This document shows positions 1 to 12,259 of a DNA stretch of 45,377 nucleotides, piece by piece. The first letter of the stretch is position 1; every line of letters starts with the position of its first letter. Location: assembly GCF_004010195.1 (NCBI RefSeq), contig NC_057755.1:241751-287127 (forward strand), written 5' to 3'. The notes beneath the pieces are model-generated. The model saw only the letters and a program-made list of their open reading frames with translations. It did no database searches and had not been told where the DNA came from. The translations under genes and the position numbers were made by a program. Source of the stretch: Chiloscyllium plagiosum. Taxonomy: Eukaryota.

Positions 1-800
1 AAAGTCGAAGGATAGAAATGCTGGAGGAAGGAAGGAAAGGGGCCAAGATAAGAGTGGGAATAGTCTTGTTGATAAGGATTAACATTACAGCTATACTTCG
101 GGGTGGGTATTTTTGGGAAAACATGCAGGGAAGGTATTTGAGGTGGAACTGAGAATGAAGAAAGGACTGATTACCGTATTGGGGTGGTCCTAGAGATTCC
201 ACACTCATAAGTGGGAAATTGGGAAACAAATTTGTAAGGTGATCTCAGTTGTTTGGAAAAATGGTAGTGTGGTAATGGTAGGGGGTGTTAATTTTCCAAA
301 TATAGACTGGGACTGCCCCATTATTAAGAGTTGGGATGTAGTTGAATTTGTTAAGTGTGCATATCAAACATTTCGATTTCAGTATGTGAATTTACCACGA
401 GAGAACCTGAAAAACCTGACCTACTTTTAGGAAATAAGGCAAGGCAGGTGATTGAGGGCCAGTTAGGGGAACATTTTGCGGCAGAGACTTCAATTCTGTT
501 AGTTTAAAATAGAAATGGAAAAAGACAGATCATATTTAAAAGTCAAAGTTCTAAATTGGAGGATGGCGATGAGGCAAGATTTTTCAAAGGTTGATTCGGG
601 GCGGCTGCTTTCAGGTAAAGATGCAGCTGGAAAATTCGAAGCGTTCAGAAATGGGATAATGAGAGTCGAGAAAGATTATACTCCTGTTCAGGTGTAAAGC
701 AAGGCTGATTGATACAGAACTTGGTTCAGAAAAAGAAGGAAGCAGATATCAAGTACAGATGCAGAGATTGCATGAATCCTGAGCATAATATAAAAACAAT
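1..800 (+). mobile_element. Degraded CR1-clade LINE fragment (ORF2 apurinic endonuclease region and linker)
   Basis: ORF 239-430 reads VVMVGGVNFPNIDWDC (CR1 GDFNFPNIDW motif); collinear with 7240-7970; stops and frameshifts; joined abruptly to intron sequence at about 801. Confidence 0.85.
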
Positions 801-1511
801 CACTATGAATCTCAATTCCCATTTCAAACTCAATCCCCGTCTTTTATTTTCAATTTAGGACCTTGTTGCGAGAACAAAACCGAGTTGATGTTTTGAGTTC
901 CTTGACAAATGTTCTGAGAAAGGTGTTCTCGTGAAGAATGATTGCATTATCTCTGTTTCATTCTCCATGTATTCTACCGTCCCTGTTGAGTTTCGCCAGG
1001 TATTTCTGTTTCTTTTTCATATTACTGGTATCCACAACTCTTTTATTTATTTTATGAAAATGTTTCACTTCCCAAACTAGTCCCCAGAGGTAATTATTAG
1101 AATTGTGTAACCCACCTGTACCAAAGATATCTGTTGGAATATCAAGCTTGTACTATCAATGCTAGACAAAATTTAGTCTCCTCCCAGGTGATTGTTAAAG
1201 GTTGTGAGGTTTTCTATCTCAACAAACCCCCCAATGAATTATCAAAGCCCATACAACCCTCTGAGTGAAAGCGTTTTCCAAAAACCCCTTTCACACCTTT
1301 TATTATCCACCTTAAAAACTATGCCTTGTTTACATCTGTCAATTTCCTGCCCTAGTTAGATATAGAGATCTTCCATTGTTGTCTGGGAAGACATGGAGAA
1401 TGTTTGATAGTAACTTTCGTTTTGGATTTTATATTCTGTCTCTTTCAGTTAATTTCCTGCTGATTTTGATTCTTTCAAGGGGAAAGTGCAGCCTCTCTAA
1501 TGTGCAACATG
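801..1511 (+). repeat. About 710-bp near-identical duplication, copy A
   Basis: Almost base-for-base match to 3237-3951, from cactatgaatctcaattccc to gtgcaacatgc. Confidence 0.95.
912..1045 (+). mobile_element. Old Penelope-end-like repeat remnant in the GPCR intron (paralogs at about 3348-3482, 10025-10145, 32070-32190)
   Basis: Decayed ctgatga...tctctccacagatgc...gttgagtttc...tttctgtttc pattern resembling shark PLE termini; same position in all four units. Confidence 0.4.
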
Positions 1512-1747
1512 CTGCCTGTTGGTTATGGCACCGACGGATCTACTGTTCTTTCTCTTTGAGATCATGGCGATTGAAAGAGCTTTACTGCGGAGGGTGTTTC
1601 CTGGATCTCACCCCTGTGTGCAGTGCTGTCTTTATCCTAATTCATGCACCCACAGACTGTTCCATCTGGTTCACTGTCTTTTTGTCATGTGGTCGTTTTG
1701 TAGCCATTTGCTGCATGGAACTGAAGAGGAAATATTGGACAGAGATA
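1449..1747 (+). pseudogene. GPR139-like GPCR exon, copy 1 (frameshifted, truncated after TM3/ICL2)
   Basis: Acceptor tctctttcag (AG 1447-1448), then VNFLLILILSRGKC...TDCSIWFTVFLSCGRFVAICCMELKRKYWTE, homologous to 10550-10852; 1-nt and 5-nt deletions; DRF changed to GRF; TM4-TM7 deleted. Confidence 0.9.
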
Positions 1748-2039
1748 ACTTCTCTCCCCCGACCCCATGAATATTGTTCTCTGTCTCTATACCTGTTTAT
1801 TTGTCTGTCTGTCTCCTCTCTGCCAGCCTCTATGCATATCCTTCTTTGTTTGTCTTTCCGTGTGTGTGTCCCTCCCTCGCTCTCTGCGCATTTTTCTCTA
1901 ATTGACCCTTCCTGATCCTTTCATACACTGACCTTTCCTGACGCAGTCATTTTGCAAAGTACAATGTGCCCCTAGAGCCAGCAATACCCTGCCATATTAG
2001 TGTAAGCAAGTCTGCTGAACATTGATCATTTCGCTTTCC

Positions 2040-2828
2040 TTTCTCTGTCGCTGTGCGGGAGGTGTGCTCATGTGTTTCCCTTTCAGTGTGTGTGAGTATC
2101 TGCGTGTCTGTGTGTGTGAGGTGGGGTGGGGGGAGGGGGAGACGTCATTGCTTTTGAGGGGATCTCATTCGGTGCGTGTGCCCCTCAGTTTTGTTGTCCC
2201 TGATTGTGACACATTATGAATGTTTATGCTTCTGAGTTTGGGCTTCCCTTTGTGTGTGTTGGGAAGTATTTCTGTGACTACATATTCATGTGTTTATGTG
2301 TTTGGGAGTGTTATTCACTCTGTATGAGAGTCTTACTGTGAAAGTGAGCGTTTTAATGTGGGTCTGTGGTACTGTGTGTGCATGACTGTGCATCTGTGTC
2401 TGCTTTGCACAGTGTGCATCTGTTGTGTTTGTGCCTGTATACACACTGTTTGTGGAGTTACAGTCCGATGACTGTGTGATGGTGGGGACGTGTGTTGTAT
2501 GTGGGTGTTACTGTCAGCATATCATGAACATTCTGTGCCTCCATGTATGTGTGTTTCTGAGTTTCATTTTATTATTGTGGGAGTGCGTGATGTGGTTGTG
2601 CCTGGCAGTGCTCTTTAAGTAGGTGAATGTGTTGTTCAGACTATGTTGGTTGTCTGTACATGTGTCAAGATCTTTCTGTGCCCCCAGTAGGATCTCTCTG
2701 TGCCTCTCTGTCGTTGTGTGTCTGTTTGTTTCTGAGTGTCAATCTCTGTCTATATATCATTGAGGTTGCGGCTCAGTAACTGTGTTTGAATGTGTGTGTG
2801 TGCAAGAGGTTTATGTCAGTTCTTGCAG
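2040..2828. repeat. TG-rich low-complexity block of the duplicated unit
   Basis: Homologous to 12260-13180 and 35000-35750. Confidence 0.8.
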
Positions 2829-2829
2829 G

Positions 2830-3180
2830 CATGAGGGTCATGGATAGCATATCCATGGTCTTACCTCTGGGGTGGGGGAGTCCAGAGATAGAGTGCATAA
2901 CTTCAGGGTGACAGGGGAAAGAATTAACAAGAACATAATGGAAACATTTTCTCATAGAAAGGGTGTTGTATGCATGGAATGTACTGCCAGAGGAAATGAT
3001 GGAGGCGGGTACAATTGCAATGTTTTTTAAAAAGCAACCTTATGGGTAAATTGGGGGTGTGGGTGCAGATTCAGAGTTATATGGGGGCAAATGGAAGATA
3101 GTATTACAGAATATCTGGTTAGCAAGGACGATTTCGACCAATGGGTCTGTTTCCTCTCTCTACATTTCTTTGAGTTTAAC
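2830..3180 (+). mobile_element. CR1 LINE 3' end
   Basis: Homologous to 9495-9852 and 31555-31893 (tggaatgtactgccagaggaa; gaccaatgggtctgtttcc tail). Confidence 0.85.
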
Positions 3181-3236
3181 TACACTTAGTTTGTAAAGAG
3201 CATTCGAACAAATGTTTCATCACAGATAAATATCAA

Positions 3237-3951
3237 CACTATGAATCTCAATTCCCATTTCAAACTCAATCCCCGTCTTTTATTTTCAATTTAGGACCTT
3301 GTTGCGAGAACAAAACCGAGTTGATGTTTTGAGTTCCTTGACAAATGTTCTGAGAAAGGTGTTCTCGTGAAGAATGATTGCATTATCTCTGTTTCATTCT
3401 CCATGTATTCTACCGTCCCTGTTGAGTTTCGCCAGGTATTTCTGTTTCTTTTTCATATTACTGGTATCCACAGCTCTTTTATTTATTTTATGAAAATGTT
3501 TCACTTCCCAAACTAGTCCCCAGAATTAATTATTAGAATTGTGTAACCCACCTGTAACAAAGATATCTGTTGGAATATCAAGCTTGTACTATCAATGCTA
3601 GACAAAATTTAGTCTCCTCCCAGGTGATTGTTAAAGGTTGTGAGGTTTTCTATCTCAACAAACCCCCCAATGAATTATCAAAGCGCATACAACCCTCTGA
3701 GGGAAAGCTTTTTCCAAAAAAAACCCTTCCAAACCTTTTATTATCCACCTTAAAAAACTATGCGTTTTTTACATCTGTCAATTCCCTACCCTAGTTAGAT
3801 ATAGAGATTTTCCATTGTTTTCTGGGAAGGCATGGAGAATGTTTGATAGTAACTTTCGTTTTGGATCTAATATTCTGTCGCTTTCAGTTAATTTCCTGCT
3901 GATTTTGATTCTTTCAAGGGGAAAGTGCAACCTCTCTAATGTGCAACATGC
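3237..3951 (+). repeat. About 710-bp near-identical duplication, copy B
   Basis: Matches 801-1511 with few differences. Confidence 0.95.
3888..3951 (+). pseudogene. GPR139-like GPCR exon stub, copy 2
   Basis: Acceptor AG 3886-3887, then (V)NFLLILILSRGKCNLS with the same 1-nt deletion as copy 1; sequence then jumps to the TG-rich block. Confidence 0.85.
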
Positions 3952-4571
3952 TTATATGTGTGTGTATGTGTTTTTTTTGTCAGTATGTTCCTAAATCTTA
4001 CTTTGACTCTATTTCTGTGATTGGATGTGTTTCTGTGTGTTTGTGTATTTACGTGTTAGGGTGTGGGTGTGTTTCTATATCCCTCTGTGTGTGGTTCTGT
4101 CTATGTCTGATCATGAAACTCACTCTCCTGATGAAAACGGACAGATGAACTCTATAACACACAGATTGCTCTCAATTGCGTATTTCAGCAACCTGGGAAA
4201 TATCAAACTATCAGTAACTGTACCTCTTGCACCCTGATAGCTGAACTGTTACTTCAGTTCGAAGTCCTACGTCTAATGCGTATATTGGGAATATTGGAAC
4301 AAGTGCAGAATTCCAGTTCTTCCGTTCATGTTTGAACCACAGATGCAATATTTCCTTGCTGAAGATGTTTGCATCCATATTTAAATATTGTTACATTTTG
4401 CATCATACCTCAATAGAATGTTGGAGCAGAATTAAACCGTTCAACCTATTGAATGAGCTCTGACATTTGATCGTGATGGATTGATTTTTTAATTCCATTC
4501 TCCTGCCTTTTCCCCATATCTTTGATTTCCTTTACAATCGGGAACCAACACGTTTCTCCTTTTAATACAAT

Positions 4572-4795
4572 TATTATGGACCAGGCAAGAGCCTCTCAAA
4601 ACATGTCAAGGTGGTCGCGAAGACCCTCACCTTTTGACTTATCTTGAGCAGGTGCACTGTGGATATTCCACGAGTGATTGAACTGGTCATTATTCCTCGG
4701 TTTAAATTAAAACAGAATTTATTTGCAGATTACCAAATGAAACACAAACAAAAGAGAGCCGGATACAGAATACTTTAACTTACCCGAAGACACTG
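4572..4795. mobile_element. Truncated solo LTR (paralog of 14333-14968)
   Basis: tattatggaccagg start; collinear with 14333-14545 and 36589-36805. Confidence 0.65.
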
Positions 4796-4814
4796 GGTGG
4801 ATTACGGATGCGGT

Positions 4815-5170
4815 TCAGTGCACAGTGCTGGTCATCAGTAAGTAGTGAGGACAGAATTGCACTGAGAAGAGTATGTAATAGATTTATAAGAATGGTGTTA
4901 GGTAATGATGTGAGGATTATCGAGGAAATGATGTCGACTATTTCATTCAGAAGGTGATGGTGCAACTGGAATTAACTGCCCAATTTTGATGGTGGCTGGA
5001 GGTGACCAACCATAACTCGTTTAAAGGGCATTCGGTCAGCACGTGACGTGAAGAAACCTTCAACGCTGTGTTCCAGTTGCTGGAAAGTGGGATCAGAGCA
5101 GGTTGCTAGTTTATCCAATTGATGCAGAAATAATGATCCCTTTCAGTATCATAACTTTCATTCAATTTTG
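4815..5170 (+). mobile_element. Old CR1-like LINE 3' fragment (paralog about 26990-27490)
   Basis: gtgcacag...tgaggacagaattgcactg...agatttataagaatg and gctggaaagtgggatcagagcagg shared with 26990-27490. Confidence 0.55.
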
Positions 5171-5861
5171 ATGGGATCATGGAAAGACTGAGGAGTGTTA
5201 AAGTGAGTTCACTTGGTGGGTTAAATGCCTTATTTCTGTATTCTCCGTTTCCACCGTTGGAACATTGCGGGGTGTTAAATTGAATTTCAGTGGGGTCGGT
5301 TATCTTTCAGGTAATCCGAATTGGAGGACATGAAAACATTCTGGCTGTGAGAGCTGCTCCTTTTTTCTTTGCAGTATTTTATGTGTCAGAGCTGACATCC
5401 AGAAAATCTTGGAAGTGTAATTATTGTTTAATAAACAGTTGCACTGTTTTGTAAATTTGCGAAAAAGAAAGTACAAAGCAACACAATTTTAGAAAAGGAG
5501 GAACAGAGACAAAATAGCAGTCCACTTGGCCAGTGAGAGATAGATTTAGAGAAAGAGTGAGTGAGAGAGAAAAAGCAACCTATATTCCTGTCTGACACAT
5601 CAGTGAAGCTGCACAACTACTGCCTTTACTGTTTGAGTTCATGCATTTCTAGGCATCGAAGTGCATCCAAGAAAATTAACAAACAACGAAAATCATAGCT
5701 GACCTTAGAAGAACCTGTGTGGGAGAGTTCACAGCACAGGAGCAGGCAAGAGTATGATTTTTTTCAGTGTAATATTGCTGACTTTTTTCGTTGTTCTCGA
5801 CAATCAGTAGCGTCAGTTCTTTTTAATTAAAGGCTTTATTGAGATCTGTCTCTTGATTAAA

Positions 5862-5900
5862 TACACACACACACAAATATATATATATATATATATATAT
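5862..5900. repeat. (CA)n(AT)n microsatellite
   Basis: tacacacacacacaaatatatatatatatatatatatat. Confidence 0.9.
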
Positions 5901-6966
5901 AAAGTTCATGGACTAAGTTAACATGGAGCTGTGTCTTTTAGAGCAGTAAAACTGTGGTATTTTCTGAGCCTGTCGATTAATAAGATTCGAAGATGGCATT
6001 TAATAGAGTAATGTACTCTTCCTGTCGGATGGGGGAGATTAGGGAGAGCTTCCATGTTACTGATGTTTATGGCGACAGTAAATGTGTTTGGCTGCGAATC
6101 CTATCAATTGCATGAACCGGGGGGAGCAGCAGTTCGAGGCAATGAGGAATTTCCAGGAGGTACGGGGTTTACTGGCTGGTAGCTACAGGAAGAGATAAAA
6201 CCAACGGATACAGTCAAGTGGATGGATTACTTCCAGAAAAGGTCGAAGAGGGAGACAAGTAGTGCAGGATTCTCCTGTGGCTAGCTCCATCTATAATAGG
6301 CATGATGTTTTGTAAAATGCAGTGGGGGGTGGACTCTTAGGAGAATGTAGCACAAGCAGTCATGTTTCTGGTCCCAAGACTGGCTCTAATGTAATGAGGG
6401 TTACATAAGGTTCCAAGCCATCAATTGTGATAGGGGGCTCTCTTGTCAGAAGCACAGACAGACTTTTCTGCGGCCAATAGCGCCTGTTGCCTACCGGGTG
6501 CCAGAATCAACAAATCTTGGCGTGGGTACAGAATATTTTCAAAGGGAAGTGGGACCAACAGGACGGCATTGTGTACATTGGAACTAACGACATAGAAAGG
6601 AAAATGGATGCATTCTGCAGTGAGAATATGACAGGTTAGGCAGGAATTGAATAAAGAGATCCTTGAGGGTAGTAAATCAGGACTACTCTCAGTGTCATCA
6701 GCCAGTGAGTGCAGGAATCGGAGAATACAGCAGATGAAAGTGTGGCTGAGGGGCTGGTGCAGGAGGCAAGGGCTCTCATTTTGCATTATTGGCACTTTTT
6801 CTGTGGTAGACGTGACCTGTAAGAGGCAATCAGATTGCACCTCAGTTGGAAGAGAAATAATTTACTGTCAAGGAAATTTGTGACAATTGCCTCGGAATAT
6901 TTATACTAGTAAGGATGGAGTGGGGGTTGCCACGGAATTGGGGGTGTGTGACCAGGGAGGTAGTGA

Positions 6967-7012
6967 GGAAAGAGATCAGTCTGAGACTGGAAAGAGATCA
7001 GTCTGAGACTGG
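6967..7012 (+). repeat. 22-bp tandem duplication
   Basis: ggaaagagatcagtctgagact twice. Confidence 0.9.
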
Positions 7013-10000
7013 TACAGCTCAGAAAAGGAGCAAGCCCAATCGTCAGGGCAGGCAGAAACAAAGCAGAGAATGATGCAGGACTGACAAATTAAATTGCATT
7101 TATTTCTTTCCTTGATGCCTGACAGGGAAGGCAAATGAACTGAGAGCGTGGTTAGGAACATAGAGCTGGGATAGCACAACAATTGTGGCTCAGGAATGGA
7201 CATAACTGGCAGCTTAAATTTGCAGGATAGAAATTATGTCGAAAGGAAAGAAACAGGGCCCCAGAGAAGTGGGAGAGTTGCTTTTTGATAAAGGTTAACA
7301 TTACAGCTGTACTTAGAGAGGGGAATACATTCAGGGAAGCTATTGGGGAGGAACTGAGAATTACGAAAGTGCTAATTACCTTATTGGCATTGCAGTACAG
7401 ACTCCTCAATAGTCAGTGGGAAATTGAGAAACAAATTTGTAAGGGGATCTCAGTTATTTGTAAGTATAATAGTGTGATAATGGTAGGGGGTTTTAGTTTT
7501 CGAAACATAGATTGGGACTGCCAAATTATTAAAGGTTTAGAACGGAGATGAATTTGTTAGAACATATCCCAAAATTTTCTGATTTGGTATGTGGTAATAC
7601 CTACTACAGAATGTGCAAAACGTGACCTCCTCTTGGGATTAATGCAGGGCAAGTGACTGATTGTAGTTGGGGGAGAAGTTTGGGGCAGAGACTTGAATTT
7701 GGTTAATTTAAAATAGAAATGGAAAAGGATAGACCGAATCGAAAAGTTAAAATTCATGGCCATATGGCAAGACCTTTCAAAAGATTATTGGAGGTAGATG
7801 ATCCTAGGTAAAGGGTCAGCTGTAAAATGGGAAGTGTTGAGAAATGAGATAACAGGAGTCCAGAAACAGCATAAAGACTGATAGTTATATGGTTTGTTTA
7901 AGAAAAAGAAGTAAGTATTCGTCAGGTGTAGACAGCAGATATCGAGTGAATACTCAGAAGAGTAAAAAGGCAGTAGGAGTAGGAAGATAACCAGGATGGC
8001 AGAAAGGGGGCATGAGATAGCTTTGGCAAATAGCGTTAAGAAGAATCAAAGGAAATTTTATAAATATTCGAAGGACAAACGTGTAACTAAGCAGAGAATA
8101 GGACCTCTCAAAGATCAGAAAGGCAGCTTATTTCTGGCAATTCAGAAGATATGGATGATAATAAACGCGTATTTTATATCAGTGTTTACTGTGGAGAACG
8201 ACGTGGAAGATGTGGAATGTGGGGAAATAGATGGTAACATATCGAAGAATGTCCATATTCCAGTGCAGGGTGTGCTGGAAATTAAAGAACGCATAAAGGT
8301 GGATAAATTCCCAGGACCTGGTCTGGTGAACCAACAACTCTGTGGGAAGCTAGGGAAGTGATTTATGGCCCCTTGTTGAGATACTTGGATAATCAATAGT
8401 CACAGGTGAGGTGTTGGAAAACTGGAGGTTAGCTGAAGTGGTGCTACTAATTAAGAAAGGTGGTAAGGAAAAGCCAAGGAACTATAAACCGCTGGGACTG
8501 ACATTGATGGTGGGCAAGTTGTTGGCGGGAAACCTAAAGAACAGGATTGATATGAATCCTCAGTTTGAATAGGCAAGGAGTGATTAGAGATTTTTGAGAT
8601 GGCTTTGTTCTTAGGAAATCACGCTTCACGAACTTGAATGAGATTTTTGAAGAAACAATGAACTGGAGGGCAGAATGGTACATGTGATCTCTGTGGACTT
8701 CAGTAAGGCGTTTGACAAGGTTTCTCATGGTAGACTGGTTTACAAGGTTAGACCACATGTAATAGAGGGAACTAGCTATTTTTTTACAGAACTGCCTCGA
8801 ATGTAGAAAGGCAGATGGTGGTGGTGGAGGGTTGCTTTTCAGACTGGAAGTCTCAGACCAGTGGTGTGCCACAAGGATCGGTGCTGGATACACAATTCTT
8901 CGTCATTTAAACAAATGATTGGGATGTGAATATGGGAGGCATGATCAGTAAGTTTGCAAGTGTCACCAAAACTGGAAGTGTTGTAAGCAGTATAGAAGGT
9001 TACCGCAGATCAGATGAGCTAATGCACTGAAGAGTGGGAGGTGGAGATGTACTTAGTTAAATGTGAGGTGCTGCATTTTCCAATGACAAATGAGGGCAGT
9101 AACTGTTCAATTAATAGTAAGATGCTGGAGATTGTTACTAAACAAAGAGACATTGGAATGCACTTCCATAGTTGCTTGGATGTGGAGTCTTAGGATTGTA
9201 AAGAAGGCGTTTGGTATATGATCCTTTATTGGTCAGATCATGGATTATAGGAGTTTTGAGGTCATTTTGCGGATGTACAGGACATTTGTTAGGCTACTTT
9301 TGGAAGAAGTATGTGTAATTCCGGTCTCACTTTGAAAGGAATGTCGTGTGAAACATGAAAGGTTTCACAAAAGATTTACGAGAACGTTGCCAGGGTTGGA
9401 GAGTTTGAATTATAGTGAGAGGTTGCATAGGCTGGGGCTGTTTTCACTGGAACATCGGAGGCTGAGGGGCGACCTTATAGAGGATTATATAATCATGAGT
9501 GGCATGGATAGGGTACATAGACAACGTGTTTTCCCTGGTGTGGGGTAGTGAATAGGGTACAGTGCATTGGATACAGTGCATAGGTTTGTGTTGAGAGGAG
9601 AAAGATTAAAAGGTACCTAACGGAAAACAATTTTCATGCAATTTGTGGTGCATGTATAGAATGTAAAGATAGACGAAATGGTGAAGACTGGTGCAAGTAC
9701 AGTATTTAAAAAGCTGAAGGTTGATCAAGTAAGGGAAACGGGTTTAGAGGGGTATGGGGGCGAACTGGATTAGATATTATAAAATATCGGGTCAGTATGG
9801 ACGATTTGCACCAATGGGTCTCTTTCCATGCTCTACATCTCGATTACTCTAACCATGCCCAGTATGCTATAAGCAGTTGAATAAATGTTCCATAGTAGAA
9901 ACACGATGAATCTCAACTCCCGTTTGGAAAACAATCCCTGTGCTTTGTTTGCAATGTTAGTACCTTGTGCGAGGAAAAACCGAGATTATGTTCTAAATTC

Positions 10001-10549
10001 CGTGATAAGTGTTAAGAAGAAGGTGTTCTGATGAAGAATGAGTGCATTAACATTGTTTCTCTCTCCACAGATGCGACCATAACGGTTGAGTTTCACCAGT
10101 CTTTCTGTTTCTGTTTCATATCTTCAGTATTCATAGCTCTTTTATTTATTACATGAAAATATTTCACTTCTAAACCTACCTCCCAGAAGTAATTTTTAAA
10201 ATTGTGGAACCCGAATATTCAGAAGAGGTCCATCAGTCCAACAAACTTGTGCAATACAGGCTGGATGAAATCTGGTCTCATCCCAGGTAGTTGTTAAAGA
10301 TTATGAGGTTTCCAACCTTAACAACCCTCCCAAGAACTGAAATACCAGAACCGACACCACTCTCCTGGAGAAAGTATTTTCGCCTAATACCCCAAGCCTC
10401 TTATCCTTCACCTTATAAGTTATGCTCCTTTCCCGTCTGTCAGTTCCCTGCCCAGTTAGATATGAAGATCGTCCATTGCTCTCTGGGCAGATGCAGAGAA
10501 TGTTTGACAAGTAATTTCTGATTTGCATTTTATCATCTTTCTCTTTCAG

Positions 10550-11424
10550 TGAATTTCCTGCTGATTTTCGTTCTCTCAAGGGGGAAGTGCGGCCTCTCTA
10601 AATGCACAACGCGATGTCTGTTAGCGATGGCAACTTCGGATCTACTGTTCATTTTCACTGAGATCATACTGTGGCGATTAAGAGACATTTACTACCCAAA
10701 GTGTTCCCTCAATGTCGTGCCTGTGTGCAATGTTATTTTTGTCCTGATCCGTGCAGCCACGGACTGTTCCGTCTGGTTCACTGTCCTTTTCTCCTTTGAT
10801 CGTTTTGTGGCCATTTTCTGCTTGAAAGTGAAGAGCAAATATTGGACAGAGAAAGCTTTGGCTGTGGTTTTGGCTGCAACTGGTATTCTACTCTGTTCAA
10901 AAAACATTCCCTTCTATTTTTGGTATGAACCTGGGTGGATAATTAACGATGTTCAGTGGTATTGCTATATAAAGTCAAGTTATTTTACTGATCCCAGGTG
11001 TCTGGGGTTTAACTGGTTTGATATCATTTTAACACCTTTAATCCCATTCATGTTAATTCTGTTGATGAACACTCTGACGGTCAGGTACATTTTAGTGGCC
11101 AGTCAAGTCCGCAAAAACCTGTGGGGTCAGAGGAAGGGACAGAGTCACAACGACGCAGTGATGGAGACACGGAGGAAGTCGGTGATTTGCCTGTTCACAA
11201 TATCCATCAGTTTCATACTCTTGTGGGTCGTGCACGGTGCAAACATCTTATACTTTAATGTTAAAGTAGGACGTCGTTGGACGAAGTGGCGTCTAATGCA
11301 GTTTACCTGGGCGGGAGAAATGCTAAAGGATTTAAGCTGCAGCACGAACACACTGTTTTATGCAGCAACTCTGCCCAAGTTCAGAGCGAAGTTCAGGAAT
11401 GTGGTGCAACAACTGGTCACATAA
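10550..11424 (+). CDS. Terminal coding exon of a GPR139/GPR142-like orphan class A GPCR (second half of TM1 to C-terminus); upstream exon not located
   Basis: Pyrimidine tract plus AG at 10548-10549, phase 1 ((G)TG=V); 291 open codons: VNFL (TM1 N), LLAMATSDLL (TM2), DCSVWFTVLFSFDRFVAI (TM3), NIP (TM4), WYC (ECL2), PLIPF (TM5), RRKS..SFILLW (TM6), CSTNTLFY (TM7), KFR (helix 8); TAA 11422-11424 at the same position as in copy 4. Confidence 0.9.
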
Positions 11425-11789
11425 ATTCTTAACTTGATGATGGACAGAGGACGGAAAGAGGTGGGAAGAGATATTCGAAATGTCGGACTGGCTGTGAGTG
11501 ATGGGTTCTGCTTGAACATTGGGTCTTCACAGACGAACCTGTTGAAGACCAGCAGGAAGAATGTCTGCGTATTCCCTGCAGGGAAGGAGGGGGAGCGGTA
11601 AAAACTGTTCCTCCTGCACCGAGAAGATTGTCAGACTCTCTCTCTTGAGCTCAAGTTAAATACTATATTACAACATGAAAAAGGCTCCGGGTGATGGCGA
11701 TCCTGTCATCTGAATTGGCTATTGGAGATGCACATTTGTATTTGAGAGAGTTTATTCAGTCCACCTCCTGTCTATGTTCGTCACAAGAG

Positions 11790-12055
11790 AATTGTTTTCT
11801 CTCTCTCTTCTGCTTCTTTCTGTCTGTCTTTGTTCCTCTCTTCCTTTCTCATGCTGTCGCCAATCTCTCAGCTTCTTGCTCAGCTTTCCTCTCTCTCTGT
11901 TTATTTCGCTGTATGTGCACCTCCCTCTCTGTCTCATTTTATTCTCTCTCTTTTTGTTTTTGTCTGTCTCTCTGTCTCCTTCTATGTCTCTCCTTCTTTA
12001 TCTCTCTTTCTCTGTTATATTCCCTCCCTTGCACTCTCTGTGTCTTATTTTTTTC
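11790..12055. repeat. CT-rich low-complexity block (paralogs 1775-1900, 34510-34800)
   Basis: Degenerate (CT)n/(TCTG)n. Confidence 0.85.
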
Positions 12056-12259
12056 ACACTTACCATGTCAGACGCTTGTTGTCTCAGTTTAGCACATTAT
12101 CACTTGCATTGACTTAAATCCCTACCTGATTCCTTCATTCACTAATCATTCCAGAGGCAGTGATTTTACAAAGTACAAAGTGTTCAGATACAGCCAGGAA
12201 TCCTTTGACACAATACTGTAATAAGTCTGCTGAATATTGATCATCTCCCTGTGGCTGGG

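Larger units (their letters stand above)
5500..9852 (+). mobile_element. Near full-length decayed CR1 LINE (ORF1 Cys motif plus SGNH/GDSL esterase; ORF2 endonuclease plus RT)
   Basis: ATG 5993 MAFNRVMYSSCRMGE; VIGGSLVR, CCLPGARI and YIGTNDI esterase motifs at 6425-6595; NIDWDC at about 7505; DKFPGP; RT motifs at 8690-8970; LGLFSLEHRRLRGDLIE at 9430-9482; many stops; 5' boundary approximate. Confidence 0.9.

Noticed and set aside
1376..1915. 179-aa ORF as a functional gene
   Set aside because: Intron-derived N-terminus, scrambled TM2, lost DRF, and a C-terminus from low-complexity flank
10025..10050. Active intronic hammerhead at ttCTGATGAag
   Set aside because: No downstream GAAA or helix II, and the motif is mutated in the paralogs
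11422..11424. Possible premature stop in the open receptor
   Set aside because: The same TAA is at the aligned position in copy 4 (33689-33691) and follows helix 8
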